64,000 bases of DNA from an uncultured bacterium (GCA_963793725.1 CAWCAY010000002.1:91526-155525); one strand, 5' to 3'. Counted from the first letter of the stretch, positions 11,204 through 21,475 are shown. The notes: a model not told the origin generated them from the sequence alone. Made by a program: numbers and translations.

Positions 11204-12433
11204 ATGAAGATACTGGTGCTCAATGCCGGCTCTGGCAGCCACAAGAGCTGCCTGTACGACCTGGGCGACCGCGCCGAGCCGCCCGACGCCCCCCCGCGAC
11301 CCGCCTGGCGGGCTCACATCGACTGGACGTCGGCCGAAGGGTCGGGGCGCCTCTCGGCCCGGGCGGGCGATGCCACGGTCGAGATCGCCCTGCCCACCGG
11401 CGACCGGCCGGCCGGCATGTCGGCCATGCTCGACACGCTCGTCTCCGGCCCGACCAGGGTGCTCGACCGGCTCGAGCTGATCAGGATCGTCGGCCACCGG
11501 GTGGTCCACGGCGGTGAGCACTTCACCGGCTCGGTCATGGTCACCCCCGAAGTCAAAGCGGCCATCGCCGAACTTATCCCCCTCGCCCCCGACCATAACG
11601 CCCACCAGCTCGACGGGATCGAGTCGATCGAGCGGGTCCTGGGCGCCGTCCCCCAGGCGGCCGTCTTCGACACCGCCTTCCACGCCACCCTTCCCCCGGC
11701 GGCCCGCGTCTACCCGATCCCGATCGAGTGGCGCGAGTGGGGAATCCGCCGATACGGCTTCCACGGCATCAGTCACCAGTACGTCTCGCGGCGGGCGGCG
11801 CTGCTCCTCGGCAAGCCGATCGGGAAATTGCGGATGGTCACCTGCCACCTGGGGAACGGTTGCTCGCTGGCGGCCGTCGACGGCGGGCGCAGCGTCGACA
11901 CGACCATGGGCTACACCCCGCTGGAGGGCTTGATGATGGGCGACCGCTCGGGTTCGATCGACCCGGGCATCGTCATCAACCTGATCCGGCGGCACGGCCT
12001 CTCGGCCGACCAAGTCGACTCGATGCTGAACGACTTCTCGGGGCTCAAGGGGGTCTCGGGGCTCTCCAGCGACATGCGCACCATCCTGGCGGCCCGCGCG
12101 GAAGGGAACGAGCGGGCCGGCCTCGCGCTGGACATCTTCGTCCACCGCCTCTGCTCGGGGATCGGCGCGATGGCCGCCTCCCTGGGCGGTCTCGATGCGC
12201 TGGTCTTCACCGCCGGCATCGGAGAGAACGCCCCGGTGGTGCGCGAGATGGCCTGCGCCCGCCTGGCCCACTTGGGGGTGGCCATCGACCGGGGCCGAAA
12301 CGCCGGTTGCCCGCCGGGGGCGGAGGTCGACGTGAGCGCGCCGGGGGCGGCCGCCAGGACGCTTGTCATCCCCACCGCCGAGGACTGGGCCATCGCCCGA
12401 AAGTGCTGGCGGCTCCTCCGCGAGCGAGCATGA
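11204..12433 (+). CDS. ackA: Acetate kinase
   Basis: [14 protein letters not shown]... and acetokinase signatures intact. RBS GAGAGG. The stop overlaps the next gene's ATG. Confidence 0.85.
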   Translation: MKILVLNAGSGSHKSCLYDLGDRAEPPDAPPRPAWRAHIDWTSAEGSGRLSARAGDATVEIALPTGDRPAGMSAMLDTLVSGPTRVLDRLELIRIVGHRVVHGGEHFTGSVMVTPEVKAAIAELIPLAPDHNAHQLDGIESIERVLGAVPQAAVFDTAFHATLPPAARVYPIPIEWREWGIRRYGFHGISHQYVSRRAALLLGKPIGKLRMVTCHLGNGCSLAAVDGGRSVDTTMGYTPLEGLMMGDRSGSIDPGIVINLIRRHGLSADQVDSMLNDFSGLKGVSGLSSDMRTILAARAEGNERAGLALDIFVHRLCSGIGAMAASLGGLDALVFTAGIGENAPVVREMACARLAHLGVAIDRGRNAGCPPGAEVDVSAPGAAARTLVIPTAEDWAIARKCWRLLRERA

Positions 12434-14250
12434 GCGGTCGGGCGCCGTCCTGGCCGGCGCGGCATCGGGCCGATTACCTGATCGTCTTCGCCGTGGCCCT
12501 GGTGCTGCGGCTGGTCTACCTGGCCGAACTGTCGCGCTCCCCCCTGCTCGACCTGCTGATCGGCGACGGCGAGATGTACAACGACTGGGCCAGGGAACTG
12601 GCCGAAGGGAACTGGATCGGCACCGGGGTCTTCTACCATTCCCCCCTCTACCCGTACTTCCTGGGATTGATCTACCTGGTCGTCGGCGCCCGGCCGCTGA
12701 CGGCCAAGCTGGTCCAGTGCCTGCTCGGGGCGGCGGCCTCGGTCCTCCTGGCCCGGGCCGGGCGGGCGGTGGCCGGCAGGTGGGCGGGCTTGGGCGCCGG
12801 CCTCGCCCTGGCTTGCCACCCGACGGCCATCTTCGCCGACGGCCTGATCCAGAAGTCGTCCCTGGACACCTTCTTCACCGCCCTGCTGCTCGCGCTCGCC
12901 TGCGGCCGGCCGCAGGGCTTCACCAAGGGCCGGTGGGTGGGCATCGGCGCGACTCTCGGCCTGCTGGTGCTGACTCGCGAGAATGCCCTCACGCTGCTCC
13001 CGGCGCTGCTGCTCTGGATCGCCGTCCTGTCCTTCCGCGACCGGCGGGCAGCCGCCGCCCGGATGGCCCTGCTCGGCGCCGGCCTGGCCGCGGTGCTCCT
13101 GCCGGTGGGCTTGCGCAACCTGGCCGTCGGAGGGGAGTTCCATCTGACCACCTCGCAGTTCGGGGCCAACTTCTACATCGGCAACCGGGCCGGCGCCGAC
13201 GGCCTGTACGAACCGCTGCGCCCCGGGCGGGGTTTCGCCGCCGGCGACCGGGGGGACGCCGCAAGCCTCGCCACGGCCCACCTGGGACGTCCGCTGTCGC
13301 CCCGCGAGGTTTCCTCCTACTGGACCCGGAAGACCCTCCGGGAGATCGCCGCCGATCCCGCCGCCTGGGTCCGTCTGCTGTTGCGCAAGCTGCTGCTGCT
13401 GGTCAACCGGGTGGAAGTGGCCGACACGGACGACGAGTACACCTATGGCGACTGGTCGGCGGTGCTGCGCCTGGGGGGCCTGCTACTCAACTTCGGCGTG
13501 CTGATCCCGCTGGCGACCGCCGGCGCCCTGCTCACCCTGCCCCGCTGGCGGGACCTCCTGGCGGTCCACCTGACCCTCGTCTTCTACGCCGCCGGCGTGC
13601 TCCTCTTCTTCGTCTTCGGTCGGTACCGCTTCCCGCTCGTCCCCGGCCTGATACTGCTGGCCGCCGCCGGATTGGCCCGGGCGCCGGCCGCCTGGCGCGC
13701 CTCCCCCAGGCGCCTCGCCGCCGCGGGCGCTGCCCTGGCCGTCGCCGCCGTGGCCGCCAACTGGCCGCTCATCCCCGACCGGCCGGTCATCGCCCGCTCG
13801 GTCATGTACAACAACATCGGCACCGGCCTGTGGAACCGCGACCGTGACCAGGGCGCCGCCGTGCCCTGGTTCGAGAAGTCGATCGCCCTGGCCGCCGGCT
13901 ACGCCGATCCGCACCGCAACCTTGGGGCCGTGCTGCGCCACTCCGGCCGCAACGCCGAGGCGGCCGAAGCCTACCGCAAGGCGGTCGAACTTCAGCCGGG
14001 GGGGGCCGATTCGTGGGAGGGCTACGGCATCTGCCTGACCAACCTGGGGAGGACCGCCGAGGCTCTCGACGCCTTCGGCCGGGCCCTGGCCTTGGACGGC
14101 AATCTGGCCACGTCGCACTGGGGCCTGGCGATCAACCTGGCCAAGCTCGGCCGTTCGGACGAGGCCCTCGGGCACTACGCCGTCGCCGCCCGGCTCGATG
14201 CGCGCTTCGCCCGCCCGGACAACCCGGCCATCGGCGGCCAGCCCCGGTAG
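12430..14250 (+). CDS. GT39/PMT_2-family (ArnT-like) membrane glycosyltransferase fused to C-terminal TPR repeats
   Basis: Multi-TM N-terminal region typical of the dolichyl-phosphate-mannose protein mannosyltransferase / ArnT family. TPR repeats at the C-terminus. ATGA overlap with ackA. Confidence 0.7.
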   Translation: MSGRAPSWPARHRADYLIVFAVALVLRLVYLAELSRSPLLDLLIGDGEMYNDWARELAEGNWIGTGVFYHSPLYPYFLGLIYLVVGARPLTAKLVQCLLGAAASVLLARAGRAVAGRWAGLGAGLALACHPTAIFADGLIQKSSLDTFFTALLLALACGRPQGFTKGRWVGIGATLGLLVLTRENALTLLPALLLWIAVLSFRDRRAAAARMALLGAGLAAVLLPVGLRNLAVGGEFHLTTSQFGANFYIGNRAGADGLYEPLRPGRGFAAGDRGDAASLATAHLGRPLSPREVSSYWTRKTLREIAADPAAWVRLLLRKLLLLVNRVEVADTDDEYTYGDWSAVLRLGGLLLNFGVLIPLATAGALLTLPRWRDLLAVHLTLVFYAAGVLLFFVFGRYRFPLVPGLILLAAAGLARAPAAWRASPRRLAAAGAALAVAAVAANWPLIPDRPVIARSVMYNNIGTGLWNRDRDQGAAVPWFEKSIALAAGYADPHRNLGAVLRHSGRNAEAAEAYRKAVELQPGGADSWEGYGICLTNLGRTAEALDAFGRALALDGNLATSHWGLAINLAKLGRSDEALGHYAVAARLDARFARPDNPAIGGQPR

Positions 14251-14292
14251 CCCCGCAAACGGCGAAAAATCTTTCCCACGCTCCGGGCGGCA

Positions 14293-15660
14293 ATGTATAG
14301 TGCCATCATGCAACCGGAGAAAAGCGTCGGATTGACCCTGCTGGGCAAACTGGTTGTCCTCTTCTTCATCCTGGGCTGCGTGGCCGGGGGCTTCTACCTC
14401 CTGTCCGGCAAACAGCCGCTGGAAACCCTGCGGCGCTACCTCGGTACCGGCGCCACCGACACCGCCGTTCCCGGCAAGACCCCCGGCACGCCGGCGGCCT
14501 ACGCCTTCCGGGTCAAGGGTTCGTCGACCATCGCCAAGGCGATGACCGTTGTGGCCGAGGCCTACCGGGCCGGGGGCGGACCGCCGGTGGAGGTGGTCTC
14601 GGAGAGCACCGGCAAGGGATTCGAGGCGCTCCGGGCGGGCGAGGTCCCACTGGCCATGGCCTCACGGCCGATCAAGCCCGAGGAGGATGCGGCCATGGGC
14701 GGGGCGATGACCGACCCCTCCCACGAGCACGTCATCGGCATCGACGCCGTGGCGGTGGTGGTCAACGTCCGCAACCCGCTGCGCAAGATGACCGTGGGCG
14801 TCTTCCGGGACATCCTGAGCGGCGTCGTGACCCGCTGGGAGGACGTCGACGGCTCCGACTATCGGGGCGAGATCCACGTCTACGGCTACGCCGACACCTC
14901 GGGCATCCAGGAGATCGTCAAGGGCGCGGTCCTGCGCGGCACGGCGCCCATCGCCCCGCGGAAGATCGCCGCCAACGGCGACGAGGAAAGCGCGCTGGTC
15001 GAGGGCGACCCGCTGGCGGTCGGCTATGCCTCGCTGGCCTTCACCAACCGCAACCGGGCGGTGGCCCTGTCGGACGGCCCGGGCCTCCCCCCCTTCTACC
15101 CCAACCGCTTCACCGTGGCCACCGAGAGCTACCCGATCACCCGGCGCCTGCTGGTCTACTCGGCTGCCGGGACGACCCTTCCTGAGGTGGCCGCCTTCCT
15201 CGATTTCATCAAGGGGGACAAGGGGCAGGCGATCATCGGCAAGACCTTCGTGCCGCTCACGCTGGCCGCCTCTTCGGAGCTCGGCTACCGCGAGGCCGAC
15301 GAGGGGCCGATAGCCCGGCGCTACCCCGGAGCGTCCCGCCTGTCGACCGACTTCCGCTTCCGCAGCGGCAGCGCCCGGCTCGACACCAAGGCGCTGGGGG
15401 ACATCGGCCGGATCGTCGGCCTGATCGAGCGCAACCCGGGCAAGCACCTGCTGCTGTTCGGCTTCGCCGACAGCATCGGCGGGGTCGAGGCCAACCTGCG
15501 TCTGTCGCGTGAACGAGCCCAGGTGGTGGCCGACGAGTTGATCATGAGCGGTCTCAAGGTCGAAGCGATAGACGGTTTCGGCTCGGCTCACCCGGTGGCC
15601 GACAACGCCACCGCAGAGGGGCGCGAGCGCAACCGCCGGGTGGAGATCTGGATCAAGTGA
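14293..15660 (+). CDS. PstS-like periplasmic phosphate-binding domain fused to C-terminal OmpA-like domain; N-terminal TM anchor
   Basis: PBP/PstS-like core (GSSTIAKAM...VIGIDAVAVVVNVRNP...) plus OmpA-like C-terminus (LLLFGFADSIGGVEANLRLSRERAQVV...NRRVEIWI). Confidence 0.7.
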   Translation: MYSAIMQPEKSVGLTLLGKLVVLFFILGCVAGGFYLLSGKQPLETLRRYLGTGATDTAVPGKTPGTPAAYAFRVKGSSTIAKAMTVVAEAYRAGGGPPVEVVSESTGKGFEALRAGEVPLAMASRPIKPEEDAAMGGAMTDPSHEHVIGIDAVAVVVNVRNPLRKMTVGVFRDILSGVVTRWEDVDGSDYRGEIHVYGYADTSGIQEIVKGAVLRGTAPIAPRKIAANGDEESALVEGDPLAVGYASLAFTNRNRAVALSDGPGLPPFYPNRFTVATESYPITRRLLVYSAAGTTLPEVAAFLDFIKGDKGQAIIGKTFVPLTLAASSELGYREADEGPIARRYPGASRLSTDFRFRSGSARLDTKALGDIGRIVGLIERNPGKHLLLFGFADSIGGVEANLRLSRERAQVVADELIMSGLKVEAIDGFGSAHPVADNATAEGRERNRRVEIWIK

Positions 15661-15694
15661 CCCGCCCGGCCTGACCGCCACCCTTCATGACAGC

Positions 15695-15782
15695 GCGGGG
15701 TCCTGCCGACTCCCACCCCCGCGTTGTGCTCGCGAAAGGCCTGCGCGCAACGTGGGGCCCCCGGAGTCGTCACCCCGCCCGG
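15695..15782 (-). repeat. Copy C of a roughly 90-bp extended-palindrome repeat element (REP/RPE-like)
   Basis: About 90% identical to the reverse complement of 23201-23291. Lies in a convergent intergenic region. Confidence 0.55.
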
Positions 15783-15801
15783 TCTTGAAGAGCCGGGGAA
15801 A

Positions 15802-16419
15802 TCAGTGGGCGTGCTCGGCGGGCGCTTCGCCGCCGGCGTGGTGCGACGGCGGGTTGACCGCCGCCTGGTAGATCCGTTCGCCGTAGTGGATGAACTCCAC
15901 GTACGAGGCGACCCAGGAGCGGCCATGCTCGACATCGTGCGCGGCGTGCTTCTTGCGCTCGACGGTCTCCTCGAAGCGGTGGCGGATGCCGTGCTCGACG
16001 GCCTCGACCACCAGCTTCACCAGTCCCTCAACCTTCCCTTCGGCCAGCGCCTTGTCGGCGGCGACGATCGTCTCCTCCTCGACCCCGGCGGCCTTCAGGC
16101 CGGTGTAGGGCGCGCCCTCGCTGGCGCGGTGCACCCGGACAAGCGTCTCGAAGAAGTAGTAATCGGCCAGTTCCTTCGCCTCGGCGCCCTTGCCGCGAAC
16201 GGCCAGCGCCCGGGCGAAGGCCGCCCGCAGCTCCGGCTCTTCCTTGGCCGGGATCCACTTCAGCACCGGGGTGATGTCACCCTTCTCCAGCGCAACCCTG
16301 GCGTCGGTGACGACGGGACCGTCGAGGGTGTCGCAGTGCCCCCAGACCAACGGCGGCAGCGCGAGGAACAGCGCGGCGACAAGACCGGCAACCCCGAAAG
16401 AAACGTGTACCGAAAGCAT
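15802..16419 (-). CDS. Hypothetical secreted protein with His-rich C-terminus (possible metal binding)
   Basis: Signal-peptide-like N-terminus, HCDTLDGP motif, C-terminal PPSHHAGGEAPAEHAH. Confidence 0.5.
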   Translation of the reverse strand: MLSVHVSFGVAGLVAALFLALPPLVWGHCDTLDGPVVTDARVALEKGDITPVLKWIPAKEEPELRAAFARALAVRGKGAEAKELADYYFFETLVRVHRASEGAPYTGLKAAGVEEETIVAADKALAEGKVEGLVKLVVEAVEHGIRHRFEETVERKKHAAHDVEHGRSWVASYVEFIHYGERIYQAAVNPPSHHAGGEAPAEHAH

Positions 16420-16464
16420 GGCTCCCTCCCTCTATTTCCGCCCCGTGTGGGCGGGGGTTGAAGT

Positions 16465-16725
16465 TCAGGCCGGCGCGCCGGCGTCTGTGCCGGAGCGGCG
16501 GGAGAAGAGCACCAACAGGGCCGTCGAGGCCAGGACGACGGCCACGATCCAGAGGGCCAGGTTCCAGCCGAAGTATCCGGGCATCATCGAGGCCACCACC
16601 TCACCCGCCAGGGCGCGCTCGAACGTGCGAAAGACGGCCGGCGTGGCCAGGTAGGTGTAGAGCACGTTCCCCCCGGTCAGCAACGCCAGCGACAGCAGGT
16701 ACAACGACACCAGGAACCTCTTCAT
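16465..16725 (-). CDS. Small hypothetical membrane protein
   Basis: Two predicted TM helices; AAAAAGGAG RBS before the ATG at 16725. Confidence 0.45.
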   Translation of the reverse strand: MKRFLVSLYLLSLALLTGGNVLYTYLATPAVFRTFERALAGEVVASMMPGYFGWNLALWIVAVVLASTALLVLFSRRSGTDAGAPA

Positions 16726-16744
16726 GCTCTTGGCTCCTTTTTCG

Positions 16745-16942
16745 TCATAATTCGGGCCACTCCCCAATTATGTATGAGGCGATGTGGGTCAGGTACGCGG
16801 CACTCCTCATGCGAATATGAGCTTGCCGCGAGGTTGGGGGATGGGCCATGCACCCAGGTAGTTCGGGCACCTCCACGACAGCGGCGTTGTCCTCTCCACT
16901 CCGGTAGAGAATCATCTCGTACTTCACCTGGAGGCGACTCAC
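16745..16942 (-). pseudogene. HicB-like (UPF0150) antitoxin N-terminal remnant
   Basis: KYEMILYRSGEDNAAVVEVPELPGC resembles the HicB N-terminal signature; the rest is degenerate. Sits at the left edge of the lower-GC island. Confidence 0.3.
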
Positions 16943-16980
16943 GTCGTCAAGTTATTCCTGTGTCGAAGCGGAGTCAAGCG

Positions 16981-17002
16981 GGCCGGCGAACAGAGTCAGC
17001 GC
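16981..17002. repeat. Left copy of a 22-bp imperfect direct repeat (GGCCGGCGAACAGAGTCAGCGC)
   Basis: 20/22 identity with 21454-21475. The pair brackets the 1,438-aa ORF. Confidence 0.35.
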
Positions 17003-17113
17003 TGATCTTCGATAGTGGAGATGTCGGCCGGGCAAAGGCGTAGAGAGATGGTCGGCGAGTTGGCCGCACGAGTTGCCGGTGCGACTCGACACGCCGGCTC
17101 CCGGTGAACTAAC

Positions 17114-17127
17114 ATGTCAATTGACAT
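17114..17127. promoter_or_regulatory. Perfect 14-bp palindrome ATGTCAATTGACAT (candidate operator) in the 5' leader of the large ORF
   Basis: Direct reading; contains TTGACA. The track ORF's ATG lies inside it. Confidence 0.35.
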
Positions 17128-17239
17128 AACTTTGAGAAGTTGTCACAACAGTGCAATTCGCTCAACTCCAGAGAAAGGATCTTTCGGAGTCATGAGTCAG
17201 GCTTGGCGAAAGAGCATCTGGCCGCAAAGGAGAACGCAC

Positions 17240-20200
17240 ATGAAGGCCCCAAACCTACAGTCTGGCAGGCATGCCCTCGGCTGGCGCTGGGTCAAGCTCC
17301 TGGTAGGAGCATCTCTTGTCCAACTCGTCCTCCTGTGGACAATTCCGGTCTTCTCGGGCATTGCCTTTGCCATGTCCATTGACCGGTTCATCTTGACCCT
17401 GCCGAACTGCCGGCTGGAACTCGCCCTGGACACCGACGCTGCTGAGAAGCGGACATCCACCGTTGACATCTTCGTGGGGAATCAGGTGCTCTCCAGAGAC
17501 GGACAATGGGAGTACAAGAGACTCGATGGAGAACGTTTCCGCATTCGCCATCCAAAGTGGAGGGGCACGTACCTCGAGATTGATCCCGTCGCCGGGAGCG
17601 TCCTCCAGGGCAACGGCGGCCTGGAGGATGCGGCTTCGATGGGAAGCCCGCTCAGCGGAGCCTCCTGCCTCATCGACGAGGCGCGCCAGCGAGCCGTTCT
17701 TGCCTTGCCCGCGATATCACTGACCGCAAACGTGAACCCGAAGAAGGTGTCCATTGCCTTCGAAGGGTCGGCCGCGCCGGCCAAATCGGGTCCGTGGAAT
17801 CTATTGATGGTGCCCGAACTACAGGCCATTCGACTGGTGCTGGCCGAGGACAACTGCTGGCAGCTCGCCGAAACCGGGGTTTCGCTCTATCACCTGCGCC
17901 ACGACGACTGGGAAAAGAAAGGCCACTACTGGGAGGTGGATGCGGCGCTGCGGACCGTTTCCACGATTCGTGGCGAGCGTTTCGGCTCGCTGGGCGACAT
18001 TGGCCACCCTCTTCAGGCGGCTCTTGAGACCGAATTCGCCCCCAAGCGGGCCACCCGGGGTGTCACGTTCCGGGATGGACCAATGATCCCGCGCCGTGAC
18101 AAGCCGGATTCCCTCTTTGCACAACTGCTCCTCCAGGAATACGAATCCAGTGTCCCCGTCCTGCGCTCGGACAGCGATCCAGCCGCGGCCGGGAAGAAAC
18201 TGCCGCCTCCCTCAGCATGGATGGAAGCGGATAAGGCGAGATACTTCCGGGCACTGACGGAGGAGCGTTACGATGTGCTCATCGTGCCGTTTCAGGTCGA
18301 AGGCTTCGCCCTCGACCGGATTGAAAGGGCTCTCATGACGCGGTATCTGTACGACGCTGCGGGGCATTCCTCGGAATTCAAGCTTGCCAATCCCATCCTG
18401 GTGTTCCGAGCACTTGGTGATGGGGCGCGGACCATCTCCGACGACGAGATCTTCCGCTTGGCCAAGGAACTTGGAGTGAAGCTGCTTGTCCGATGCTTCT
18501 GCGGTCACAACCGTGAAGAGCGGATGACGGTGACCCTGCTGGTGCAGGAAAAGGCGCCCGGCATCCCGTTGGACAGCGGGACCACAACGAAGCGCCTTGT
18601 CTGGAACGATATTCCGTTCTCTGACGAGAGAATGCCCTCTGAGGCCTTCAAGGATATTCTGCACGAGGTGGTCGCTGGTATTCCGCTGGGGGAGAAGAAG
18701 CCGCCTGTCGTTGCACAATTCGCCGCTCCGGAGGAACTCCCCGTCCCGGGCACCCTGGAAGCGCTGGTCAGCGGAAGCGGGCTATCCGCCCTGAGAAGTG
18801 CCTTCCACCTGCAGTTGCTCGCACTCCTCTCCTTCGAGGAGAGCACAGCGCAAGAGGGTCTGCTGGAGCGTTCCCTTGTAGCTTTGGACGGCATCTCACC
18901 GGACTCGCCAGACTGGCGCCTCCTGAAGGCTACTGCCTTCGCCTGGCTCGGTCGCCGCCCGGCCGCCCTGGCCGCACTCGGTGCACCGCAAACACCCGAA
19001 GAATCATCCCTGGCCGCCTTCTTGAATGGGAATCTGCCGGCCATGGAGGAACAGGTCGGCAACATCCGCCGGCCGCTCCCGAGACTGATGGCCCGCATCA
19101 TGCTCGTCGATCTCAAGAGATCCTATGGCCGAGACCGAGAGATGATCGAGAAGGAGTGTCTCCTCCTGGCGAGCGAGCACCCGGATCTTGAAGCACTGTT
19201 GTCGGCCCGCCTGAGCGCCAAGGATGAGTGGGCATGGCCATCAAATGTCGGCGTCAAGGAGCAGCTCGACGCCCTGCTGCCCGTCCCCGAGTACCGGCTT
19301 GCGAGTCTGGTTGCCAGTGCAACCGCCTCCGGAAAAGAACTCTCGGAGGAGAACATCGATCAGGCCATCTACAACCACTACCACGAGGCCTTCAGGAGGG
19401 AGCTATTCGGCCAGAAGGATATTCCCTTCCCCGTCATGGCGGATGGGCTGGATCTTCTCTTTGAGCACTTCCAAGCCAACCACGTCAAGCGGATCCGGAG
19501 GATGGTCCTCTCGCAAGGCAACCACTCGTCTGCCCTCGAGTCGATGAGCCACGACGAATCCCTCTGGCGGGACCACCCGGAGCTCTCCTATCTGAAGGCG
19601 ACAGCCATCGGCAACCTGGGCCGAAGGGAAGCCGGTGAAGCGGGGAGGAGGATGGAGCAGGAAGCGGTCGAGATCGCGCAAAGGGTGTTCTTCTGGTCGG
19701 GAGGGCAGACGTGGGTTGCCAGTCGTCTGCATTCTCATCTTCCCCAAGGCCTTTACGCGCTCCCCTCCTATGATGGCGACTTCCCCCGACGCCCCTATTG
19801 GTACTTCGGCAGCGTTGGTGACCGGAAGAAGTTCAGGTCTTTCCACCTCGGTCCGGCTTCCAGTGGACTTCCCGAAACCACGAAACACGACCTGAAAAAT
19901 GCCGCCATCAGTCTCGCATACACGCGAGACAACTTGCTGATACTGAAGAACCTCTTCCGGAAACTCACAACGGATGGCCTTCCCGGTGACGCTCGAGCCG
20001 TGCTCGACGCCAACCGTCACCGATTCGACGGCCATCCTCTCTGGCCAGACCTGTTGACCAGCGTAGACGGCGAGGCCGAGGAGAAGAAGTCGATCCTTCG
20101 GAAGGCGATGTCCGACAATCCGCTGAACTGGGATGCCCACAACAAATTGGCCATGCTATCGATAGCTGAAGGCGACTTCGCCAAGGCGGCGGAGACGTTC

Positions 20201-21430
20201 ATGATGTTCCCACCGTTCCATCAGCCCGAGATGATGGACAACGTCCAACTGTCGCATGCGGCCTACAATGCAGCGCAGGAGCTGTTGTTCCGAGGGGCGA
20301 CGGATGAAGCGATACCGTTCCTGAAGATCGCCGTCGCCTTGGGCACGGGTTCCTCTTCCGAGATGGGGGCAGCCGGCTATCTGGCCCAACTGAGCGGCGA
20401 CTATGCCCAAGAGGCGGTTGAGTTCCTGCGGAGGTGCAACCGCTACCACCACCGCGGTGCCTATGCGCTCTACTTGTCGATCCTGCACCTTGCGGGCTAC
20501 CACGACGAGGCCAAGGCACTCTTCGACTCGCTCCAGGCGAAACCTGGCGAAAACGAGTTGTGGGGCGTTCGGGTCACCGCGTTACGGGTCACCGGGAAGT
20601 CCGATGAAGAGATTCGTGACTGGTTCCAGGAGAGCCCGATGGGCAAGGGATTGCTCCACCTCAATGACGGTCAGGTGCTCATCCCCGCCTTCCTGGTCGA
20701 CCGTGGCCCGAATGAATTCCTACAGCAACTTATCATCGCCCGACAAGACGCGGGAGAAGTATACGCGCTCTGGTTCGCGGAAGGATGCCGACTCATCCTG
20801 CAAGGCAGGTACCTCGATGCCTACCGCACCCTGCGCACGCGAGTGGCACCGCCATGGGAGACCAGCCTGCAGGAGTACCGCTATGCGCTGCCGGCCTTGG
20901 CTTGGAGCGCTGTGAAGAGCGGCCAGACCAGAGACGTTGAAGATCTGCTGGCTGTCTACCGGTCGGCCAGGGGAGATGACTTCCACTACTTCCTGGCTCA
21001 AGCGTGCATGAGCGGGCAACGGGGGAATGTGGTCCACGCTGAAGCGCTACTCAAGAAGGCTCGGCAGTTCATCGACATCGATTACCCGCCGATTTTCCAC
21101 TCCTATCCCTGGTATCAACTCCTGGAAGCGGCGGAATGGATACTGGAAGAGACAAAATCTCCGGTGCTGCGCGATCTCATCCTGCAGTGGTCGAGGTCAT
21201 GCCAGAAGATATACCCGTTCCAGCCGTGGGGCTATTCATTTGAGGCGCGCCATACCTCATCCGCGGAAGACCGGCGCCGCTCGCTGGGGATGACCCTCTA
21301 CTTGGATCGGAACAGCCTGCGGATCGCTGGCTTCACCGCTGACGAGAAGGAGAAGGCCTCGGAATGGGTGAAGGAGAACAACCCCTTCAAGTTGCCAGGC
21401 AGAGAAGAGACAGAGACACGAGTTCCGTAG
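17240..21430 (+). CDS. Large hypothetical protein (about 1,396 aa from this start): N-terminal signal/TM anchor, then extensive alpha-helical TPR-like repeats; no recognisable catalytic domain
   Basis: Long uninterrupted ORF in the lower-GC region. AGGAGA RBS 7 nt before the ATG at 17240. Hydrophobic WRWVKLLVGASLVQLVLLWTIPVFSGIAFA near the N-terminus. The track ORF starts at 17114. Confidence 0.7.
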   Translation: MKAPNLQSGRHALGWRWVKLLVGASLVQLVLLWTIPVFSGIAFAMSIDRFILTLPNCRLELALDTDAAEKRTSTVDIFVGNQVLSRDGQWEYKRLDGERFRIRHPKWRGTYLEIDPVAGSVLQGNGGLEDAASMGSPLSGASCLIDEARQRAVLALPAISLTANVNPKKVSIAFEGSAAPAKSGPWNLLMVPELQAIRLVLAEDNCWQLAETGVSLYHLRHDDWEKKGHYWEVDAALRTVSTIRGERFGSLGDIGHPLQAALETEFAPKRATRGVTFRDGPMIPRRDKPDSLFAQLLLQEYESSVPVLRSDSDPAAAGKKLPPPSAWMEADKARYFRALTEERYDVLIVPFQVEGFALDRIERALMTRYLYDAAGHSSEFKLANPILVFRALGDGARTISDDEIFRLAKELGVKLLVRCFCGHNREERMTVTLLVQEKAPGIPLDSGTTTKRLVWNDIPFSDERMPSEAFKDILHEVVAGIPLGEKKPPVVAQFAAPEELPVPGTLEALVSGSGLSALRSAFHLQLLALLSFEESTAQEGLLERSLVALDGISPDSPDWRLLKATAFAWLGRRPAALAALGAPQTPEESSLAAFLNGNLPAMEEQVGNIRRPLPRLMARIMLVDLKRSYGRDREMIEKECLLLASEHPDLEALLSARLSAKDEWAWPSNVGVKEQLDALLPVPEYRLASLVASATASGKELSEENIDQAIYNHYHEAFRRELFGQKDIPFPVMADGLDLLFEHFQANHVKRIRRMVLSQGNHSSALESMSHDESLWRDHPELSYLKATAIGNLGRREAGEAGRRMEQEAVEIAQRVFFWSGGQTWVASRLHSHLPQGLYALPSYDGDFPRRPYWYFGSVGDRKKFRSFHLGPASSGLPETTKHDLKNAAISLAYTRDNLLILKNLFRKLTTDGLPGDARAVLDANRHRFDGHPLWPDLLTSVDGEAEEKKSILRKAMSDNPLNWDAHNKLAMLSIAEGDFAKAAETFMMFPPFHQPEMMDNVQLSHAAYNAAQELLFRGATDEAIPFLKIAVALGTGSSSEMGAAGYLAQLSGDYAQEAVEFLRRCNRYHHRGAYALYLSILHLAGYHDEAKALFDSLQAKPGENELWGVRVTALRVTGKSDEEIRDWFQESPMGKGLLHLNDGQVLIPAFLVDRGPNEFLQQLIIARQDAGEVYALWFAEGCRLILQGRYLDAYRTLRTRVAPPWETSLQEYRYALPALAWSAVKSGQTRDVEDLLAVYRSARGDDFHYFLAQACMSGQRGNVVHAEALLKKARQFIDIDYPPIFHSYPWYQLLEAAEWILEETKSPVLRDLILQWSRSCQKIYPFQPWGYSFEARHTSSAEDRRRSLGMTLYLDRNSLRIAGFTADEKEKASEWVKENNPFKLPGREETETRVP

Positions 21431-21453
21431 TGGTGCAGACAGGGGGCAAAGCA

Positions 21454-21475
21454 GGCCAGCGAACAGAGTCGGCGC
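21454..21475. repeat. Right copy of the 22-bp imperfect direct repeat (GGCCAGCGAACAGAGTCGGCGC)
   Basis: See 16981-17002. Confidence 0.35.

Noticed and set aside
16981-21475. Treating the 22-bp direct repeats as proof of a mobile element
   Set aside because: No integrase, transposase or terminal inverted repeats are present. A 20/22 match is only positionally, not globally, improbable in GC-rich DNA. Kept as a moderate-interest finding.
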